From NCBI GenBank assembly GCA_016840165.1, contig JAEOSU010000103.1, positions 1 through 14,285 on the forward strand: a stretch of 14,285 nt of DNA, given 5' to 3'. The translations under genes were made by a program, and so were the position numbers. Positions 1-9,415 of the stretch are shown one piece after another; position 1 is the stretch's first letter, and each line of letters opens with the position of its first letter. The notes beneath the pieces were generated by a model, which was not told the DNA's origin, made no database searches, and worked only from the letters and a program-made list of their open reading frames with translations. The DNA is from Promethearchaeota archaeon. Its GTDB lineage: Archaea; Asgardarchaeota; Lokiarchaeia; Sigyniarchaeales; SOKP01.

Positions 1-1079
1 ATTTTGTTTGGTTTTTTCATTCTACTCGCAATCTGCTTTGGATGAAGTTCCCATGGTTTCATTTCCTCAGGGTCTTTAGCTCGATTCTTTTTATAATCCT
101 CTGCCATCCTATTAATTCTATTAACTGTATAATCCAATTCTTCTTGTGTCTGAGCCCAACATTCCCAATTCATCCACCATTTGGGGACTCCAATCTTTTT
201 AAAAAACTCATAGTTATGGGGTACTTTATCTTTAGGCCATTTTGCCATGACTAGAGGATAGTTTCCACCTTGGACCATTACGGTGTGATGGGAAATACCA
301 AATTCTTGCTTCCCTACTTCGAGAGTTAAATTCTGCATATCAAGAGGGTTTGACATTCCCCATGCTACAATGGTTTTATGCTTTGGATGAGGATAAATTT
401 TCACAGCTGCTTTAGTTACAACCCCAAATGCTCCCTGAGAGCCCATTAAGAAACTCCACATATCAGGACCAATGCCGTATTTATAAAAAGGCTTAGCAAA
501 TGGTAATGCCCAAGAACCAGTTCTTACTACATCACCGTTAGGAAATACAATCTCCGCACACATAAAATTATCGCCTTGCGGTCCAACAGAGCTAGTATAT
601 AGTGTAAAACCACGATCTATAGCATCTCCCATTACAGTTGCTGCAGGAGGAGCCCCATCAGCAATAGGAGGAGCCCAATCGGAGTGATATTTGTGCATAT
701 ACGACCAAAGTGCTCCATTAGTAACCCCTGGCTCAATAATTGCATACCGGTTTTCCTCATCGATTTCAATGATTCTATCCATTCTACTTAGATCTAAAAG
801 GACTCCACCAGGTTTAATGGTAGGGCACGCAAACCCTCCCGATAATCCTGCAGAAACCGGACTTACTGCAATTTTTTCAGCGGTGCAATATATCAATATT
901 TTGCGTATTTCTTCCGGATACTTAGGTCGTACTACGATATCCGGGATTTGGGATTCTAAACCCATGACTGATTTAGCAAGATATGAGGCAGTGATTGCCT
1001 TATTATTGGTAGCATAATTCTTGCCGACAATACCGATCATGGCTTCTAAATCTTTCTCATCTGGAAGTTTATAGCTCAT
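1..1079 (-). CDS. FAD-binding oxidoreductase, PCMH/VAO (GlcD / p-cresol methylhydroxylase flavoprotein-like) family; 3' end runs off the window
   Basis: Not in the ORF track because it has no stop in the window. Manual translation from ATG at 1079 stays open to position 1: MSYKLPDEKDLEAMIGIVG...PDIVVRPKYPEEIRKIL...GGVLLDLSRMDRIIEIDEENRYAIIEPGVT...EIVFPNGDVVRTGSWALP...YGIGPD...GSQGAFGVVTKAAVKIYP. These are typical FAD_binding_4/PCMH motifs. Confidence 0.9.
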   Translation of the reverse strand, partial: MSYKLPDEKDLEAMIGIVGKNYATNNKAITASYLAKSVMGLESQIPDIVVRPKYPEEIRKILIYCTAEKIAVSPVSAGLSGGFACPTIKPGGVLLDLSRMDRIIEIDEENRYAIIEPGVTNGALWSYMHKYHSDWAPPIADGAPPAATVMGDAIDRGFTLYTSSVGPQGDNFMCAEIVFPNGDVVRTGSWALPFAKPFYKYGIGPDMWSFLMGSQGAFGVVTKAAVKIYPHPKHKTIVAWGMSNPLDMQNLTLEVGKQEFGISHHTVMVQGGNYPLVMAKWPKDKVPHNYEFFKKIGVPKWWMNWECWAQTQEELDYTVNRINRMAEDYKKNRAKDPEEMKPWELHPKQIASRMKKPNK

Positions 1080-1310
1080 AACTATTAACCTTTTAATCAA
1101 TCTTCATATTTTTTGATTTTTTTAATAATGTAAAATATTATTTTGGAAAATTCACTACTAAATTTTAAATTTCGTAATATAAATTTCCAATTAAAATAAC
1201 ATTTTCTCTTATACCATTAATTATGATGTCTTAAAAAGGCGATTTATATTTATAATCAGTTTGATCTAACTAAAAATAGTAATTACCCAACAATATCCAA
1301 TTTAATAGCT

Positions 1311-1676
1311 TTAACTTCCATTATGAACGCGTTCAATTTCTTTATGTAAAGCAGTAATTGCGAATGGTTTTTCAATAAAGGAACTCGCACCAATAGATAA
1401 AGCCTTATTTGCAATCGATTTATCTGCACTGGTGAAAATAATTTTGGTATGGGAGTTCAAATTGAGAATTTCAATTGAAGCTTCAATCCCATTTTTCAAT
1501 GGCATGCGGTGATCCATTAAAATGATGTCTGGCTTTAATGGCATTGAAATAAATAGCTCGACCGCATCCTTCCCATTGCTTGCTTTTCCTATTACCTCAA
1601 ATCCAAAAGTAATAAGCATCATCTCATATAATCTTTGGAGGGATAGATCATCTTCTACTATTAAAACTCTAATCAT
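1311..1676 (-). CDS. Stand-alone response regulator receiver (CheY-like)
   Basis: VLIVEDD acidic pocket, phosphoacceptor in ILMDHRMP, FTSAD and KPF are all intact. It overlaps the kinase stop by 8 nt and has a strong RBS. Confidence 0.95.
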   Translation of the reverse strand: MIRVLIVEDDLSLQRLYEMMLITFGFEVIGKASNGKDAVELFISMPLKPDIILMDHRMPLKNGIEASIEILNLNSHTKIIFTSADKSIANKALSIGASSFIEKPFAITALHKEIERVHNGS

Positions 1677-3573
1677 TAGCCATCACCTCCGGAAGTAAAA
1701 TAACAAAATTACTACCTTTCGAATGATCTCCAGCAATTTTGTCTTCGACCCAAATCTCCCCTTTATATAAGTTTAAGATTTTTTTTACTAATGTTAATCC
1801 AAGTCCTAATCCACTGACGAATTCTTTAGCATTATATCCTCGTTGAAATATTTTGTCTTTCATTTTATCAGGGATGCCAATTCCATTATCAATAAAGTCT
1901 AGTTTTACAAAATTTCCATCATTTTTTTTCATTTTTGAAATATTGATAATAATTTTAATTAACTGGTTTCGGTTGTATCGGATTGCATTGATTATAATAT
2001 TTTCAAATAAATCCGAAAGTAATTGATTAGCGTAAACACTTATTTTCTTGTAAGGTGAATTAATAATTATTTCGACATTTTTATCATGAAAACTTTTTAT
2101 AATGAATTCACGAACGTTGTGTAAAACTTTGAGCGCATTGACTTTTTCTATATTGAAAGATAAATCTTCAACATCAGATAAAGTACGCACATTAGAAACC
2201 AAGTTAGATCCTCGATTAACTTGATCTTTAATAATACTCAAAAGCTCACGGCTTTCCTCAGGGAGAGATTTATCTATGACTTTTAAATTCAATAAATCAA
2301 TTGCAGATAATATATTCTGAAGGATATTATTAATATCATGAGCAAAAAGATCCTTATAGAATTCCGAACGATTAAAAGACTTTCGATATTTGATTTCGGA
2401 TTCTTTTAATTTCTCCTCAGTTTCCTTCTTTTCTGTAATATCTTTAATGATAAATTGGATAAGGCTTTCATCCATGATCTTAATTAAAGATACAGATGCC
2501 ATCACCCAAATCCTATTACCGGTAGTACGAAATATTGGAAATGTGAAATCCTTAACTATCTCTCCATTAATAACTTTTTCTATTATTTTTTTAAAACGAG
2601 GTATTAAATGGATATTTCCCTGATTGAGCGATAAAATTTCTGTAAAATTTTTGTCAATTAAGTCCTCTATCTTATGATAGGATAGAATATTTTTAGTTGC
2701 TAAGTTACAATCGAGTAATTTACCATTAGTATCAATAAGAAAAATAGAATAGGGAGAACTATTAAACAATTCTTGATATTTCAATTGTGTTTTCTTGAGA
2801 TTTTCTTCTGCCTTTTTAATTTGAGTTATTTCTTTCGTTATTTCTACCGCAGCAACCACTTTTCCTTTCTCATTAAAAACAGGATAACCTCTTATCTGCC
2901 ATATGCGATTATCAGGTGTATTTATTTCTCCAGAAGTAGGATTACGTATCCTTATTGCTTCGATAACTGGACATCCCTCACATGGAGAGTCTCTTCGGGG
3001 CCATATTTCATAGCATTTTCTTCCCATTAGATTATGAATCTTTAAACCTACAGAATCCGCAGCTGCTTTATTTGTCCATAATATTTTATTATTCAAATCT
3101 TGGTATACAATATGTTCACTTATGCTTTCTAAGATTATGGATTTCTCTTGTTCCTCTTTTCTGAGTGTTTTTTCAATTATCTTCTTTTTGGTAATATCCT
3201 CTGTAAATACGATGACTAAATCAGGAGGAATATATATAAAAGTTGCTATAAACGCTTTATTTTTTACTAAAGGTTCAAAACCGTATCGAATTTCTTTACA
3301 GTAATTTAATCTATTATCAAAGCAATTATGGATATCGATTGAAATCATTGAATCTTTATCAAATATGGAAGATAATTTCTTTCCTAAATAAGAATCAATG
3401 TTACCTTTACTGAGGATGTTTAACGCTTTATTATAATTAACTAAATAAAAATCATTATCTTCTTTTTTCCAAATATAGGAGGGGATTGGAGTAGATATAT
3501 AAATTGATTTAAAAGCCTCATAATCTAATTCAATATTCTCATCTAAATCATTCATAACGAGATGATCAACCAA
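1669..3573 (-). CDS. Cytoplasmic multi-PAS (about 3 PAS/PAC) sensor histidine kinase
   Basis: PAS/PAC repeats end in EDITKKK, KEITQIK and KDITEKK. H-box LFAHDINNILQ, N-box FENIIINAIRY, G1 DNGIGIPD, G2 GLGLGL. No TM helix. The start may be the ATG a few codons downstream of the TTG. Confidence 0.95.
   Translation of the reverse strand: MVDHLVMNDLDENIELDYEAFKSIYISTPIPSYIWKKEDNDFYLVNYNKALNILSKGNIDSYLGKKLSSIFDKDSMISIDIHNCFDNRLNYCKEIRYGFEPLVKNKAFIATFIYIPPDLVIVFTEDITKKKIIEKTLRKEEQEKSIILESISEHIVYQDLNNKILWTNKAAADSVGLKIHNLMGRKCYEIWPRRDSPCEGCPVIEAIRIRNPTSGEINTPDNRIWQIRGYPVFNEKGKVVAAVEITKEITQIKKAEENLKKTQLKYQELFNSSPYSIFLIDTNGKLLDCNLATKNILSYHKIEDLIDKNFTEILSLNQGNIHLIPRFKKIIEKVINGEIVKDFTFPIFRTTGNRIWVMASVSLIKIMDESLIQFIIKDITEKKETEEKLKESEIKYRKSFNRSEFYKDLFAHDINNILQNILSAIDLLNLKVIDKSLPEESRELLSIIKDQVNRGSNLVSNVRTLSDVEDLSFNIEKVNALKVLHNVREFIIKSFHDKNVEIIINSPYKKISVYANQLLSDLFENIIINAIRYNRNQLIKIIINISKMKKNDGNFVKLDFIDNGIGIPDKMKDKIFQRGYNAKEFVSGLGLGLTLVKKILNLYKGEIWVEDKIAGDHSKGSNFVILLPEVMAND
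1683..1690 (-). promoter_or_regulatory. Archaeal Shine-Dalgarno GGAGGTGA, 6 nt upstream of the receiver ATG
   Basis: Minus strand reads GGAGGTGA-TGGCTA-ATG. Confidence 0.8.
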
Positions 3574-3715
3574 ATCTTGTATAGAGAAGTACGGTTTATA
3601 CTCTACTCCTTTTGTTTAAACTAGTAAAAAAATTGTTATTTAACCATTCGTATTTTAATAAACTGCGACTTAAAGTGAAGTTTAACCAATTCGGAATTAA
3701 AATAGAAAAGCATAG

Positions 3716-4516
3716 TTATTTTAAGAATCTTTTTGAAGATAAGCGAGTTCCAAGAAACATAAAAAATAATGAAAAGATTAATGTCAAAGGTAACTGCCCT
3801 AAGACAATATATACGAAATTAGGTTCAGCAGAGACAGAATATAATGCAATCGAAATAACAAAATGAATTAGAGAATTCAGAAGCGCAATTTTCCAATTAG
3901 GTGATAAATAACCTAAAATCAAGTTTGGGAGTAAGAATGAGAGAATTATATTCGCAGTTGACAGTAAAATTAAAGCTGGCATAAATCTAGTAAATAATTG
4001 CTCGGGAGTAAGTAATCGATTTAAATTTAGAGTTTCATATATAAATATAGTAGCAAAGATGCTTAAAAAAATGAGAAATGGAGAAAGTGGTCCGACTAGT
4101 ATCCAAGATAAAAATAATCTCCAAAAAGGAGATCTCAAAGTTTTTCCTCTGAGATTATTATTTATTACTTTTTCCATATCCTCCTGAATGATTAATTCGG
4201 GATTATAATCAGGGGCATATAAATTAACAAATTCTAATAAAATACCCCTTAAAATAGAAGAGACTAACTCATTATTGTCATTAGAACTTACAATTGCAGC
4301 CCCCAATATATTTTCCTCATCTATCGGAAATAAAATAAGTTTATTATTTTCTCCAAGATCCACATTCTTTACAATGCTATTTAAAGCTTCTCGGCTGAAA
4401 TTAGCTACTGATGTGAAAAATCCTATAAGAATGTTTTCATCATATTGTTCTTTCATGAAATTTTTGGAATAGAGTAAAAAACCTTGTTCAACTAAAATAT
4501 ATATACTTTTTAACAT
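3716..4516 (-). CDS. Longin-like N-terminal domain plus about 4 transmembrane helices
   Basis: The N-terminus MLKSIYILVEQGFLLYSKNF...ENILIGFFTSVANFSREAL...NKLILF...ILGAAIVSSNDN...ILRGILLEFVNLY follows the beta-beta-alpha-beta-beta-beta-alpha longin pattern (recognised by eye). Four hydrophobic segments lie C-terminally. ATG at 4516 follows AGAGGG and is preferred over the TTG at 4540. Confidence 0.75.
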   Translation of the reverse strand: MLKSIYILVEQGFLLYSKNFMKEQYDENILIGFFTSVANFSREALNSIVKNVDLGENNKLILFPIDEENILGAAIVSSNDNNELVSSILRGILLEFVNLYAPDYNPELIIQEDMEKVINNNLRGKTLRSPFWRLFLSWILVGPLSPFLIFLSIFATIFIYETLNLNRLLTPEQLFTRFMPALILLSTANIILSFLLPNLILGYLSPNWKIALLNSLIHFVISIALYSVSAEPNFVYIVLGQLPLTLIFSLFFMFLGTRLSSKRFLK

Positions 4517-4536
4517 TTTATTCCCTCTTTTTAATT

Positions 4537-6261
4537 TCAATTATAATCTTCAATTTTTTTCTTATCAACAAACTCAATATATTCACTTAAAGTTGCTTTT
4601 GTTTTCTTAAAACTAAATAAGTTCGCTCCAAATAATTCAGTTAATCGAACTATCAAAATATTTGGATTATCTTTCACAAATATTTTAAATTTTTCCATCC
4701 TTCGTTCTTCTATAATCAAATCTACATCCCTCAAATTATACATCTGTCTTATTTTATCCTCTTGAGGATTGTTTAACTCAAGATTAATAATTTCACCATT
4801 ATAGGGTAATTTTTTTATTAAATCATCATAAGTCCCGATATTAGCTTCCTTTTTACTTATTGTTAATATCTGATTGCAATTGCTTACTACTCCTTCAGGT
4901 GCATGAAAAATAAGAACGATATTGAAGTCTTTTTTTATGATATCCATATAATTATTAAATTTCTCAAAATCTAACCGTCCTAAGATTCCAAAAGGCACTG
5001 AAAACATAATGATTGAAGGTGCTTGTAGTAAAGCTCTCCCTATTGAGAATAAAAGAAATTCTAATGGAGTTAATTCTGAAAACCTCTTACTTTTTTTATT
5101 TAATAACCCCGTAACATCTAAAGCGTGCTTTAAAAATTCCTTCTTCTTATTAATTCTTTTTGGTACTCCCGCAATGATATCACTCATGATCTCATCAAAT
5201 CTTGGACTTATACCCGCATTTTTTAAAGTCTCATCTATTTCTCTTTTTTTCTGCTTTAAAATCGCGTCTATATTGATATTGTATTGGATGGCTTTTTTTA
5301 ATTTCATATTCATTATTTTTGAATCATAAGCTTCAGGCAAAATGAAAATAGATTGTTTTTCTTTTTTAGAAAGTAATTGTACAAAACGTCCGAAAACTTG
5401 AATAGTACCTGAAAAATCTTTATAGTTGCCTTTTATCGCTTCAAATAAATCCAATAATTCAATTCTATTATCGGTATTTTTTAAAACCTCTTCATCGAAT
5501 ATAATTCCTAGTGATTTACCTCTATGGATGTTGAATGAAATGTTTTTAATTTGTTCTTGAATACGTAAATTAGTCAAAACTAAGTGTTGTGAATTTAGTT
5601 TCAATGGATCGATATTCACTCTTTTTGCAATTATGCTACAAATGCTATCTACAATCTCATAAATATGAAGTGGATTAACTTCATTCCAGCCTTTAATTAT
5701 CTCTTGCTCATAAAATTCTTTCGCACTCATTATTCTTGCTAGATCCTTCGAAAATGAAATCGTTGGTAGCAAAGGATATTTTTCAAAATTAATCTTTAGC
5801 GAAATAACAAAATTTGGAAAATAAATACATATCTTTCTATGAAAAGGAACATTATTGATGGTATAGTTTTCGTACTTTTGATCTATTAGGTTAACTTCTT
5901 CACTTAAAATCTCTAAGTGTTTTCGAAATTCTCTTCGAATCAATTTTCTCATGCGAGAAATGATTTTTATAGGACTTATAAGCCCATCTTCATCAAAATC
6001 AGGCTCAAAGAGGATCTTATTAAAATCAACTTCATCCTCTATTGGTGTGTAAATTTTAAGAAGAGGTACCCCTTTTTCTAAAACTTCTTTATTAGTAAAG
6101 AATAGTACTTCAAAAAATGATTTCTTATAAATTAAATTCACGATAGAGGCAATACCAAACGTATCTTCTCGATAGGTGATCCAAAATTTCTTTGAAAACC
6201 TTATAGCATCGAGGATTTTGGCTCTTAGTCTTTCTTTCTCGGAAACATTATAACTCTTCAA
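4537..6261 (-). CDS. RWD/UEV (E2-like fold) domain(s) fused to a degenerate ABC ATPase domain
   Basis: LKINFEKYPLLPTISF...GWNEVNPLHIYEIVDSI matches the YPxxP / W..p..I..I UBC/RWD pattern. The ABC scaffold is recognisable (KNISFNIHRGKSLGII, FSGTIQVFG, SIGRALLQAPSII, LIFH), but Walker A, LSGGQ and the Walker B DE are lost. The TTG start has an upstream GGAGGT and overlaps the previous gene. Confidence 0.75.
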   Translation of the reverse strand: MKSYNVSEKERLRAKILDAIRFSKKFWITYREDTFGIASIVNLIYKKSFFEVLFFTNKEVLEKGVPLLKIYTPIEDEVDFNKILFEPDFDEDGLISPIKIISRMRKLIRREFRKHLEILSEEVNLIDQKYENYTINNVPFHRKICIYFPNFVISLKINFEKYPLLPTISFSKDLARIMSAKEFYEQEIIKGWNEVNPLHIYEIVDSICSIIAKRVNIDPLKLNSQHLVLTNLRIQEQIKNISFNIHRGKSLGIIFDEEVLKNTDNRIELLDLFEAIKGNYKDFSGTIQVFGRFVQLLSKKEKQSIFILPEAYDSKIMNMKLKKAIQYNINIDAILKQKKREIDETLKNAGISPRFDEIMSDIIAGVPKRINKKKEFLKHALDVTGLLNKKSKRFSELTPLEFLLFSIGRALLQAPSIIMFSVPFGILGRLDFEKFNNYMDIIKKDFNIVLIFHAPEGVVSNCNQILTISKKEANIGTYDDLIKKLPYNGEIINLELNNPQEDKIRQMYNLRDVDLIIEERRMEKFKIFVKDNPNILIVRLTELFGANLFSFKKTKATLSEYIEFVDKKKIEDYN

Positions 6262-9200
6262 CTTTTGGAACCTCCATTGCTTTATATCTAAAGTATTGTT
6301 CCATTTTGGAATCAGTTTGTTTAATATTTAAAATAGAGCCTATTCCCATTTCCTCCTCGATAAGTTTTTGTAGTTCGATAAGATTTAGGTTAGAAAATAA
6401 AGAAAAATCGGTTCCTGCCTTATTCTCAAGGACTTTTTCAATCCCTGGAAGTAATTCAAGTCGTCTTATCGCATTATCTTTTACTTCAGTAAAGCATATT
6501 TCTATAGATCTCCCCTTACCCGGAAGTTGAATTAATAAATCCTTTGGTTTACCAAAATCTAACATTCCTCGGTTCCTTCCGAATATCGCAACATCAGTGC
6601 AGAATCGGGATTCTTCAGGATAATGTGTAATCACGATTAATGTAGTTTTATATTGTTCATTTATTTTTGTTAAGGTCAACCATAAATTCTCTCTTATAAT
6701 TGGATCTAATCCGGAAGTAGGTTCATCTAAAATTAGGAGAATTGGATTGTGAATAAGTCCAATTGCGATACTCACCCTCCTTTTTTGACCGCCTGAGAGA
6801 TTCTTTACTAACTCATCAATTTTATCTTCTATCTCAAGACTTCGGAGGATCCTACGTGCTTTACGGATAATCTCCTTTTCTGATAGCCCATATTGTTTTC
6901 CAAAATGCAATATATTATCAAGTGTGGTAAAATTTTGGTAAATCTTTCCTAAGTCCTGAGGTACATATCCATATATTGGACGAATTCTTCTTGAATTTCT
7001 TTTATTTATTGGAAGACCGTAAATTTCGCAGAATCCAGTAACTTTTCGCATACCTAACAATCCTTTTATGAAAGTAGATTTTCCCGCTCCACTCTCACCT
7101 AAGATACCTAGTATTCTCCCATGTTCAATATTCATTGAAACTGCATCAACAATTAGTTTCCCTCCCGCAAATACACTTAAATTTTCACAATTAATTGCTG
7201 GAAAATTTTGGAGATACGATGGTGAAAGTTTACTCCCAAAACCTAACATTAGTTTTATTTTCTGAGGAATAGAAAGTCGCTGATAGAGTTTATACAGAAT
7301 GAACAAGGCAATACATCCTGCTTCAATATAGAGTATATAGGTCAAAAGTTGATTCCACGGTTTAAAATCAAATGATTGTTCATATCTTAACTCTTCAACT
7401 ATAATTATCCCATATGGTGTATTTCTTAGATCACCACCAAACCCTGGAGTATCTCCTATTCCTCCAGTCGTAAAACTTATGCACTCTCTAAACCATAAAA
7501 GTGCTTCTTGAATATTTTCCGGCTGATATCGGTAATCATATAAAGCTTTCGAAGCTAAATATGAAAAAAGAAAAGTTGATGGTAATTCAAAATACATGCC
7601 AATTGCGGGTAATAAAGCGAAACTTCCATCTTCACTTTGACTATTTTTCAAAAATTCAATTACAGCTATTTTCGAAATAGGTTCATTTTGAAAGATTTCA
7701 TTAAAAATCTCAAGACCATAATAGGTAGAAACAATATCACTATAGAATCCAACAACTATAGAAAATCCTCCATCCGCATTTTGACATGCCCGTATCCAGT
7801 GTGTGAGATTATCATTATTAATATAATTAATAGTATCCAAATTTTTAAGAGAAATCAAAGCCCAGTATGTAGATTCAACAGTAGAAACATTAGAGTTAAC
7901 GAAATTTTGGAAAAAACCAAAATATGGTCCAAAGAGAGATAATAAATAATCCAAATCATTAGCTACTCGAAAACCTCCATCATCATTTTGTAGCCCAACC
8001 AAAAATTGAGACATTGTGGCGATCTTCGAAGTTGAGAACCAAAGATCAGATAATGGATATAGAATTCGGTATATATTTATTGCGCAATAAGTTGAAAATA
8101 GTGTTGCGTTTAATCCAGGGCGAGAACCGAACCCGCCATCATAAGAGTTAAAACATAAATCTACAAAAAATAAAATATTATCGCGTTGAGACTTCGAGGT
8201 ATAACCCTCTAAATTATATTCATTCAAAGCTAATGTTCCAAAATAGTTTGATTCAATGGTTATTTGGCCAAAAAGTGAATTTTTAGCTTGAAATCGATGA
8301 GTCCAATTATAATAACTGGAGCGATAAAAAGTATAAGGGAAGATTATTGGAAATGCTTCAAGAATATTTAATGATTTCATTGCTGCCCATCCTGAGTTAA
8401 AATCAGAATCAACCATCGGATCAGGAGTTAATCCGAATCCACCATCGATTTTCCTACAACTAGCAATAAAATTTAAGGTACGAGTTTCATTGAAAAACGG
8501 TATAGATAAATTTAAGAGTTCGATAGAGGCTAGTGAATAATAAGTTGATTGAATATCAGACGTTTCTCCTAAAATAGAAGCAAATCCACCATCTAAATTA
8601 TAAAGTGTAGTAAAGTAAGACTCTATAGCTACTTTTTCTATAATAGAATAGCTCATATTCATTCCTAAGAATGCTTGAATCCCATAGAATGTAGTCATTG
8701 GATTTTGAACAAAACTGTTATTCGTTAATAAATATCCACTGCCAGACCAAGTGGAATTAATGAATTTAGATATATTGGAATTCAATAATATGTTTTCAGC
8801 ACTTAATTGATAAGCAATATCAATCGCACTGAAGGTTGAGATGATATCCGATGTATTTATCAAGGGTGTCGCTTTGAAACCGTAACCTCCATCATTTAAT
8901 ACTAATTCCAAATATATTTTTATCTGGTCAGTTTCATTATTCAACATTTTCTCTTCGAGGTATGTTTTATTAGCCAAAGAAATGGTTTTAATTGCAAAGT
9001 ATGTAGATTCGATATTCCCTAAGCCTCCAATATCCGAATATGAACCATCTGTATTCTGTTTTTCAAAAATATAATCAAAAAAGAACCAAGGATTTTTACT
9101 TTTTATCTGAACTGTCGTTATATAATTTGGGTTTATTAGTGCCGGTGAGCTTTCTTCTGCTAAGGTAAAATTGATAGAATCAATCGCTCGAAAATTGCTT

Positions 9201-9415
9201 TCGATAGCAGGCTCAACAAAAAGTCCATCATCATTTTGGTGGCTAAGAGTGAATTTCACTGCATTGGATTTAACAAATTCTACTTCATTCTCAGTAAGAT
9301 AAGAAACGAAACGTGTATTGATTAAAATTAACGTGACAACTGGAGTACCAATTAAAATTAAAAAGATAAACAGATACTTTAATCGTCGTTTTCTTACTCT
9401 ATTTAGCTTGAAAAT
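6248..9415 (-). CDS. Membrane-anchored prenyltransferase/squalene-oxidase (alpha/alpha toroid) repeat protein fused to an intact ABC ATPase; about 1055 aa if started at ATT 9415
   Basis: Repeats include YNLDGGF, CRKIDGGFG, LQNDDGGF, CQNADGGF and SQSEDGSF, each followed by 'STYxA'-type helices. TM LLTYILYIEAGCIALFILY. Walker A GESGAGKST, Q-loop GYVPQ, LSGGQ, LILDEPTSGLD, H-loop ITH. The frame is open 52 codons upstream of the GTG at 9259 and encodes a basic-plus-hydrophobic signal anchor. Confidence 0.88.
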   Translation of the reverse strand: MFKLNRVRKRRLKYLFIFLILIGTPVVTLILINTRFVSYLTENEVEFVKSNAVKFTLSHQNDDGLFVEPAIESNFRAIDSINFTLAEESSPALINPNYITTVQIKSKNPWFFFDYIFEKQNTDGSYSDIGGLGNIESTYFAIKTISLANKTYLEEKMLNNETDQIKIYLELVLNDGGYGFKATPLINTSDIISTFSAIDIAYQLSAENILLNSNISKFINSTWSGSGYLLTNNSFVQNPMTTFYGIQAFLGMNMSYSIIEKVAIESYFTTLYNLDGGFASILGETSDIQSTYYSLASIELLNLSIPFFNETRTLNFIASCRKIDGGFGLTPDPMVDSDFNSGWAAMKSLNILEAFPIIFPYTFYRSSYYNWTHRFQAKNSLFGQITIESNYFGTLALNEYNLEGYTSKSQRDNILFFVDLCFNSYDGGFGSRPGLNATLFSTYCAINIYRILYPLSDLWFSTSKIATMSQFLVGLQNDDGGFRVANDLDYLLSLFGPYFGFFQNFVNSNVSTVESTYWALISLKNLDTINYINNDNLTHWIRACQNADGGFSIVVGFYSDIVSTYYGLEIFNEIFQNEPISKIAVIEFLKNSQSEDGSFALLPAIGMYFELPSTFLFSYLASKALYDYRYQPENIQEALLWFRECISFTTGGIGDTPGFGGDLRNTPYGIIIVEELRYEQSFDFKPWNQLLTYILYIEAGCIALFILYKLYQRLSIPQKIKLMLGFGSKLSPSYLQNFPAINCENLSVFAGGKLIVDAVSMNIEHGRILGILGESGAGKSTFIKGLLGMRKVTGFCEIYGLPINKRNSRRIRPIYGYVPQDLGKIYQNFTTLDNILHFGKQYGLSEKEIIRKARRILRSLEIEDKIDELVKNLSGGQKRRVSIAIGLIHNPILLILDEPTSGLDPIIRENLWLTLTKINEQYKTTLIVITHYPEESRFCTDVAIFGRNRGMLDFGKPKDLLIQLPGKGRSIEICFTEVKDNAIRRLELLPGIEKVLENKAGTDFSLFSNLNLIELQKLIEEEMGIGSILNIKQTDSKMEQYFRYKAMEVPKVEEL

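Noticed and set aside
644-676. Short direct repeat AGGAGGAGCCC occurring twice
   Set aside because: It simply encodes APP-IADG-APP within the oxidoreductase and is not a CRISPR or mobile repeat.
42-1017. Plus-strand ORFs 42-254 and 691-1017
   Set aside because: Antisense shadows of the FAD oxidoreductase.
6700-6735. Possible second intron at the equivalent DEPTSGLD site in the fused ABC domain
   Set aside because: The sequence is uninterrupted and serves as an intron-less internal control. In-frame BHB introns elsewhere were not systematically excluded.
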